This document shows positions 25,648-30,199 of a stretch of 30,199 nt of DNA, piece by piece. Origin of the DNA: a virus (lineage: Duplodnaviria; Caudoviricetes); IMG/VR virus record IMGVR_UViG_3300032274_000034, positions 1 to 30,199 of that record; one strand, 5' to 3'. How positions within the stretch are numbered: position 1 is the first letter of the stretch; the number at the start of each line of letters is the position of its first letter. The notes beneath the pieces are model-generated. The model was not told the DNA's origin, did no database searches, and saw nothing but the letters and a program-made list of their open reading frames with translations. The translations under genes were made by a program, and so were the position numbers.

Positions 25648-26433
25648 TCAATCAAGGGGGTAGTCATCCCAGCCGCTGGGCGCGCCGTCCGCCGGGGCCT
25701 GGTCAGGCACCACGCTGGCCGCCCCCTCTTCAGCGGCTTCCAGGTACTTCACGAAGTTGCCGGGGGACAGCCAGTTTTCAGGGGCCGTGTAGCCCTGCTC
25801 TCTCAGCCACTGGGCGTTCCTGGCGGGGCTGGTCAGCACGTATTTGACCACCACCAGAACCGAGTCTGGCCCGTGTTCATCGATGCGCGCGCCCAGCGCC
25901 TTGCGCCGAACTTCAGGAAGGCGCAGCGCCCTGGCGCCTGGCACCACGGACTTGCGGAAGGTGTTCACCTGGTCCCACACCAGCTTCATCTGGACCAGGC
26001 GCTGGGCTTGCCCAGCTCTCTTGTTCTTCCTGTTGCTGTTGTCTGTTCTTGTTGGTGTTCTTGTTAACTCCGCGCCCACGGTGGGTGATTTTTGGGCGGA
26101 TGGTGGGGGAGTTTGGGCGCCAGTGGCAGGTGAACCCCCTGTAATCACAGGGTCAGGTTGGGCGGATTTTGGCGTGGCGCTGTCAGGCTTTTGGGCGAAC
26201 CAGTCAGCCAGGTCCGACTTGACCCGCTCCAACAGCTTGCGCGCCCTGTGGCGCTTCCAGCCCAGCCTGTCCGCCAGCTCACGGCTGGGCGTGGGGACTC
26301 CCTGGCGGATGTCTTCCCACGTCACCAGGTACGCCACCAGGTCCGGCGCCGGGTTGTCCGGCGTCCACCTGGTCCTGTCTGCCTGGCGTATTAGGTCGGC
26401 TGGGCCAGGGGCCCATGTCCAGTCAACTGCCAT
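25648..26433 (-). CDS. Phage replication initiator (replisome organizer)
   Basis: N-terminal HTH 'PSRELADRLGWKRHRARKLL', low-complexity linker, C-terminal 'RRKALGARIDEHG..WL..PENWLSPGNFVKYLE'; RBS before the ATG at 26433. Confidence 0.8.
   Translation of the reverse strand: MAVDWTWAPGPADLIRQADRTRWTPDNPAPDLVAYLVTWEDIRQGVPTPSRELADRLGWKRHRARKLLERVKSDLADWFAQKPDSATPKSAQPDPVITGGSPATGAQTPPPSAQKSPTVGAELTRTPTRTDNSNRKNKRAGQAQRLVQMKLVWDQVNTFRKSVVPGARALRLPEVRRKALGARIDEHGPDSVLVVVKYVLTSPARNAQWLREQGYTAPENWLSPGNFVKYLEAAEEGAASVVPDQAPADGAPSGWDDYPLD
26020..26197. repeat. Iteron-like repeats and T-rich tract (probable replication origin)
   Basis: TTGGGCG at 26092, 26113, 26158 and 26191 plus TTTGGCG at 26168; adjacent T-rich tract 26020-26068; all inside the initiator linker. 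Confidence 0.6.
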
Positions 26434-26456
26434 CTGGGTGTCTCCTGTCCCGTGGC

Positions 26457-26473
26457 TTGTACCACATGCACCA
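26457..26473. promoter_or_regulatory. 17-bp operator-like palindrome
   Basis: TTGTAC-CACAT-GCACCA upstream of the initiator RBS. Confidence 0.55.
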
Positions 26474-26501
26474 GGGGGCGCGCCACCCCCTGCTGTTAGC
26501 G

Positions 26502-26762
26502 TCACTCCATGGCGGCCAGCTCATCCACCAGGTCCAGCTGGTCCGGGTTGGTGGCCGGGGGCTTGGTGGCCGGGGGATACCAGTCATCCAGACCCACCTG
26601 GCCGCCTGTCCTGTCTCGGATGTCCGCCATCATGGCGCCCCCCGGCTTGCGCTTGTCGTAGTACAGGCTGGTGAACGTGTCGTAGGCAAGGCCCAGGTCA
26701 TCGGCCAGCTGGGCCAGGGTGGGCTTGGGGTCCAGGGTCTCATGGTAGTCACGCAGCTTCAT
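26502..26762 (-). CDS. Cro-like helix-turn-helix regulator
   Basis: 'TLAQLADDLGLAYDTFTSLYYDKRKP..MADIRDRTGGQVGLDDW' is a typical Cro/Xre pattern. Confidence 0.82.
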   Translation of the reverse strand: MKLRDYHETLDPKPTLAQLADDLGLAYDTFTSLYYDKRKPGGAMMADIRDRTGGQVGLDDWYPPATKPPATNPDQLDLVDELAAME

Positions 26763-26877
26763 GGCTGTTCTCCTGTCAGCGCCCCGTCAGGGGCTTGGTT
26801 CAAGTTCTAAGGGTCAGGGCAGGGGGCAAGACCAGCGGCGCCAGCTGTGGGCGCCTGGCGGCCAGCGCGGGCCGTTT

Positions 26878-27444
26878 TCAGGCTGCGCTGTCCGGGTCAT
26901 CGTCCGGCACCACCAGGAACGGACTGGGTGGCATGGTGGGCCGTCCGCCGGACTCCGGGGGCAACACAGGCACCCTGAGAGGGGGCGGGGGCTGGGTGGG
27001 CGGCATGGACTCACGGCCAGGCAGGTAGCCGCGCACCAGGTGGAGCCTGGCCGGGTCCACCGTCTCTTCCCGGCTGTTGCTGGTGCCCACGGGGGCTTTC
27101 TGGAATCCGGGGATGATGATGTCCCTGGCCCCCACGGGGACAGACCCGTCACAGTAGTACACCACCCGGTCATGAGTGCCCGTCGGGTCCATGATGGCCA
27201 GCCTGGCCTTGGTGGGCTGGTCCGACCACAGCCGCCTGACAGGGACACGGTGGCCCCTGGCGACATGCCAGAACCCATCACGGGTCAGCTCCACCTGGGC
27301 CAGCCAGGGGGCGCCGCTGGACACCATCCAGGGGCAGGGGGCCACGCGGACCCCCAGGTAAATCAGGCCGTCAGCCGGGGCCACGGTATCCATGGCGGAC
27401 AGCAGGTGTTCCACCAGGTCATTCAGCACCATCAACTCAATCAC
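26878..27444 (-). CDS. Hypothetical protein
   Basis: GTG at 27444 after ACAGGAGAG; Pro-rich C-terminus. Confidence 0.65.
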   Translation of the reverse strand: MIELMVLNDLVEHLLSAMDTVAPADGLIYLGVRVAPCPWMVSSGAPWLAQVELTRDGFWHVARGHRVPVRRLWSDQPTKARLAIMDPTGTHDRVVYYCDGSVPVGARDIIIPGFQKAPVGTSNSREETVDPARLHLVRGYLPGRESMPPTQPPPPLRVPVLPPESGGRPTMPPSPFLVVPDDDPDSAA

Positions 27445-27459
27445 GGGGTCTCTCCTGTT

Positions 27460-27483
27460 TGGTACGTGATGCACAACGTACAA
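27460..27483. promoter_or_regulatory. Operator-like palindrome(s)
   Basis: TGGTAC-GTGAT-GCACAA (27460-27476) overlapped by TGATGC-ACAAC-GTACAA (27467-27483). Confidence 0.55.
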
Positions 27484-27511
27484 CACCCTGGCCGTTGTGG
27501 CCAGGGTGTTG
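27481..27511 (-). terminator. 13-bp perfect hairpin after the DUF932-like gene
   Basis: CAACACCCTGGCC-gttgt-GGCCAGGGTGTTG. Confidence 0.6.
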
Positions 27512-27541
27512 GTGGTCGCGGGCGGTCAGCGGGTCAGCGGG

Positions 27542-28909
27542 TCAGCTGTCCAGCGCCACGGGGGGCGCCACCCGCAGGACGCGCCCCGTGGGGGTGGCCT
27601 CGGAACGGTTCAGGCCGTGGTCCATCAGCTTGCTGGCGGCCCGCTCCATGGCTTGCTGGACATAGATGTCCGGGTGAAGCTGGGACGCCCTGGTCACGGC
27701 GTCCGTCACCCCGGCCAGGGTGTTGATGTCCGCCAGGGTGTCATGGCCCAGCAGGTTGGTGGCCGTGGCCACCTGGTGGTCCGTGAGCCCCACGGCCTTG
27801 CTGTTCTCCCCCAGCCACTGGGCCGCGAAACTGGCGCCGCTGGCCAGGCTGTCCGAGACAAGGCCGTCAATCGCCACATCCAGCGCCGCGTTGTACTTGT
27901 CCACCAGGCCAGTGGAGTACACGCGGGCCTGGTCCAGCGCCCCCTTGACGCCCCGGCGGATGCGCTCCGTGTTCCCGCTGTGGCGCCAGTCCCAGCGGCT
28001 GTCAGTGGTCCAGCCCACCATCCCGTTGGTACAGATGAGGGTCCACATGCCAGCGTGAAGCCCCACACCCCGGCAAGCCGTCTCACTGTTCCAGGCTTCC
28101 ACCATGGGGATGGGCTTCCCGACTTCCGGCGCCTGGCCCCGCTTGAACTTGGGGTCCAGTGAGAACCGGACCCGCATCCCGTCATCCGTCCTGTGGTACG
28201 CCACCACGGCCATGTTGCGGACATCCGGGTCCGCCAGCATGTCCGTGATGAAGGCCAGGTCATCATACAGGCTGTAGGACTGGGACATCACGGCGCGGAC
28301 CATCACGGCCCGCTGGCCGCCGGGGTCCGCCGGGTCCACCACGTTGACCAGACGCAGCATCATGGGGGTCTGGCCGTGGGTCTGCACCAGTTTGGCCAGG
28401 CTGGCCGTGGCAATCTGAGCCCCCTTGTCATCGATGCTGGCCAGCCGTTCCAGCATGGCCCTTGCGGACAGCCCACGGCCCACCAGACTGCACAGCTGGG
28501 ACAGGGCCCGCTTGCTGACCAGCTGGCCAACCCCCAGCCGGGGCACCCCGCTGACCATCTGCCAGCGCTGGGCGGACATCCGGCCACGGGCCAGGCCAGC
28601 GTTGCCGTTGTAGCTGAAGTGGAACAGGGGCAGCGCCACCTCAACTTCACGGGGGTCTTCCAGCTTCACCCTGGCCGCCACGTCATCGTACACGTCACCC
28701 AGCGTGAGCGGGGCCCACTCGGCGCGCGGCATGTCGTAGCGCGACAGGACGCGCGGACGGACGGTGAAGGGGGCCCAGCTGTCCGGGGCCTGGTCATCCT
28801 GGCGCCGCTGGTTCTGGTCATCGTCAGCCAGGACCAGGCCGGGGTTGATGATGACGCCAGGGCGCCGGGTAGTCAGCGCCTGGCTGGGGGACATGGTGGT
28901 GTCAGACAT
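27542..28909 (-). CDS. DUF932-family protein
   Basis: 'VRAVMSQSY', 'AWNSETACRGVGLHAGMWTLICTNGMV..WRHSG', 'DAVTRASQ' match the DUF932-like signature; GACAGGAGAG RBS before the ATG at 28909. Confidence 0.8.
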   Translation of the reverse strand: MSDTTMSPSQALTTRRPGVIINPGLVLADDDQNQRRQDDQAPDSWAPFTVRPRVLSRYDMPRAEWAPLTLGDVYDDVAARVKLEDPREVEVALPLFHFSYNGNAGLARGRMSAQRWQMVSGVPRLGVGQLVSKRALSQLCSLVGRGLSARAMLERLASIDDKGAQIATASLAKLVQTHGQTPMMLRLVNVVDPADPGGQRAVMVRAVMSQSYSLYDDLAFITDMLADPDVRNMAVVAYHRTDDGMRVRFSLDPKFKRGQAPEVGKPIPMVEAWNSETACRGVGLHAGMWTLICTNGMVGWTTDSRWDWRHSGNTERIRRGVKGALDQARVYSTGLVDKYNAALDVAIDGLVSDSLASGASFAAQWLGENSKAVGLTDHQVATATNLLGHDTLADINTLAGVTDAVTRASQLHPDIYVQQAMERAASKLMDHGLNRSEATPTGRVLRVAPPVALDS

Positions 28910-28948
28910 GGTGTGTTCTCTCCTGTCCCCGGCTACAGCGCCGGGGTG

Positions 28949-28984
28949 CTGTACAGGTAGTACACAGCGCACCCAGCCGTCAAC
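28949..28984 (-). promoter_or_regulatory. Putative promoter with overlapping operator-like sites
   Basis: TTGACG on the minus strand near 28978-28983; CTGTAC-N5-GTACAC (28949-28965) and TAGTAC-N5-GCACCC (28958-28974). Confidence 0.45.
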
Positions 28985-29091
28985 CCCTTCCGCCTGCTAT
29001 GCGGTCAGCTTCTGGCGCCCATGTTTCCGCATACGCAAACGGCCCCGCCGGTCAGGGCGGGGCCGTGGGGTGGCTGGGGTGGCTGGGGCGG

Positions 29092-29592
29092 TCAGCGGGG
29101 CAGCTGGCCCCGGCTCAAAATCTCCATGATGCGCGCCAGCATCAGGCGCCGCTGGGTGGCCGTGGCGCCCATGTAGGCTTCCGTCACAGGCGCCAGGTGG
29201 GCCACCAGCTGGTCCTGGCTGGCGTCCTTGCGCCTGGCCAGGGCCAGACTGTGGCAGTCCTTGTCGGCCCAGTGGGTGGCCGTCCACTCAGCCGCCAGGG
29301 CCTGGTCCACTCGGACCCCGGTGAACGTGGGCACCTTCTCACCCCCGTACACCACGGCGCCGCTGTCCACATCCACGTGGACCGTGTACACCTGGCCGAT
29401 GCCAGCGCCGCTCACGATGGGCTTCCCGGCCCACAGGTAGCTGTGGGCCTTGTCCCACTTGGGCCCCATCGGCTGGCCGTCAGCGTCCACACGGACCCAC
29501 AGCTGGGCCAGCTTGCTGCGCCCCTTGGTGACCAGCTGGCGCTGTCCAGCGTACGCCAGGGGCGTGGGCTGGTAGTTCTTGGCGCCGCTCAC
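29092..29592 (-). CDS. Hypothetical protein
   Basis: 166 aa, GTGA overlap with the upstream gene. Confidence 0.7.
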   Translation of the reverse strand: MSGAKNYQPTPLAYAGQRQLVTKGRSKLAQLWVRVDADGQPMGPKWDKAHSYLWAGKPIVSGAGIGQVYTVHVDVDSGAVVYGGEKVPTFTGVRVDQALAAEWTATHWADKDCHSLALARRKDASQDQLVAHLAPVTEAYMGATATQRRLMLARIMEILSRGQLPR

Positions 29593-29915
29593 GCGACACC
29601 CAGCGCAGCCATCAGGCTGAAGGCCATGGCCCTGATGACCTCCAAGCGCTTACGGTTCTTCGTGCGCAGCTGACTGCCCCCGCTGGCCAGACTACCCAGC
29701 CTGGCCATGTCGTGGACCGTCATCTGTCCCAGCATGGCTTCAGCGAGTTCAAGCCGCTGGGCCGGGTCAAGGCGGACCCTGACAGCCGTAACAGCGGCGC
29801 CCATCTGGGTGGTGATGACCACCTCCGAACCGTCAATGACCATGTAGCCGTCCGCAGCCGCATCCGGCTCCATGCCCGGCGCCCTGGTCAGCCTGTACTT
29901 GATGTCCAACATCAT
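29589..29915 (-). CDS. Hypothetical protein
   Basis: ATG at 29915 after GACAGGAGAA-type RBS (GACAGGAGAG at 29921-29930); MMLDIKYRL... Confidence 0.7.
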   Translation of the reverse strand: MMLDIKYRLTRAPGMEPDAAADGYMVIDGSEVVITTQMGAAVTAVRVRLDPAQRLELAEAMLGQMTVHDMARLGSLASGGSQLRTKNRKRLEVIRAMAFSLMAALGVA

Positions 29916-29948
29916 GCTTTCTCTCCTGTCATGGCCCTGGTGGGGGCC
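29912..29948. repeat. 37-bp dispersed direct repeat, copy 2
   Basis: TCATGCTTTCTCTCCTGTCATGGCCCTGGTGGGGGCC. Confidence 0.9.
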
Positions 29949-30175
29949 GGGTTGTTGAAGGCGCGCCAGGCCCTGGCGGCCAGGGCCTGGGTTCGACGCT
30001 GGTACCTGGTGGCCACCCGGTGGCCGCCGGGGTCCAGCTGGGTGGCCTGGTGGAAGCCGTGAGCCCTGGCCAGGACCAGGAAGCCCATGATGAAGGCGTC
30101 CACATCCCGCCACAGCCTGGCGTCCAGCTGGGCGGCCCTGGCGGCCATGACGGCCTGGTGGCGCTGGGCGTTCAT
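29912..30175 (-). CDS. Hypothetical protein
   Basis: 87 aa, ATGA overlap with the next gene; weak RBS. Confidence 0.5.
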   Translation of the reverse strand: MNAQRHQAVMAARAAQLDARLWRDVDAFIMGFLVLARAHGFHQATQLDPGGHRVATRYQRRTQALAARAWRAFNNPAPTRAMTGEKA

Positions 30176-30199
30176 CGGTGCGCACCCAGGCCCCGGACG

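Noticed and set aside
26780-26830. tRNA suggested by GGTTCAA (also GGTTCGA near 29991)
   Set aside because: No cloverleaf or acceptor stem; the second match lies inside a CDS.
28997-29287. 96-aa minus-strand ORF
   Set aside because: Mostly overlaps 29092..29592 in another frame, Pro/Gly-rich, no RBS.
25608-29948. CRISPR repeats or att sites for the 37-bp repeat
   Set aside because: Only two copies 4.3 kb apart, built from RBS and start codon; no spacers, cas genes or integrase in the window.
343-30062. Numerous other plus-strand and alternate-frame ORFs in the track
   Set aside because: They overlap well-supported minus-strand genes and have Arg/Pro/Gly/Ser-rich shadow composition.
1-30199. 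Stop-codon reassignment or diversity-generating retroelement
   Set aside because: Core genes are intact in the standard code and end in TAG, TGA or TAA; no reverse transcriptase or TR/VR pair seen.

Overview
This window is about 30 kb of a GC-rich (roughly two-thirds GC by eye) tailed dsDNA phage or prophage of siphovirus type. Almost every gene is on the minus strand. In transcription order from the right end it holds: early/replication genes (DUF932-like protein, Cro-like HTH, replication initiator with internal iterons, probable helicase loader, many small hypotheticals), a TerS-like gene, a P-loop nucleotide kinase, TerL with a Cys-rich insertion, a portal fused to a Mu gpF/SPP1 gp7-type domain, an HK97-type protease, the major capsid protein, neck genes, tail tube, a tail chaperone with a probable +1 frameshift, tape measure, and a truncated distal-tail gene. 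The most striking signal is non-coding. At least 12 genes share an extended ribosome-binding motif (GACAGGAGAG, 9-10 nt). The only copy I found that is not upstream of a start codon lies, as its complement, in the loop of the first hairpin of a predicted three-hairpin plus-strand small RNA (about 19901-20030), which has its own -10 box and intrinsic terminator. This suggests an antisense 'anti-RBS' regulator acting on a whole regulon. Other signals are a repeated 17-bp operator-like palindrome in early leaders, a second candidate sRNA, AT-flanked CGTATACG palindromes, and apparently complete GATC avoidance. All family assignments come from motif recognition and gene order; no database search was run.
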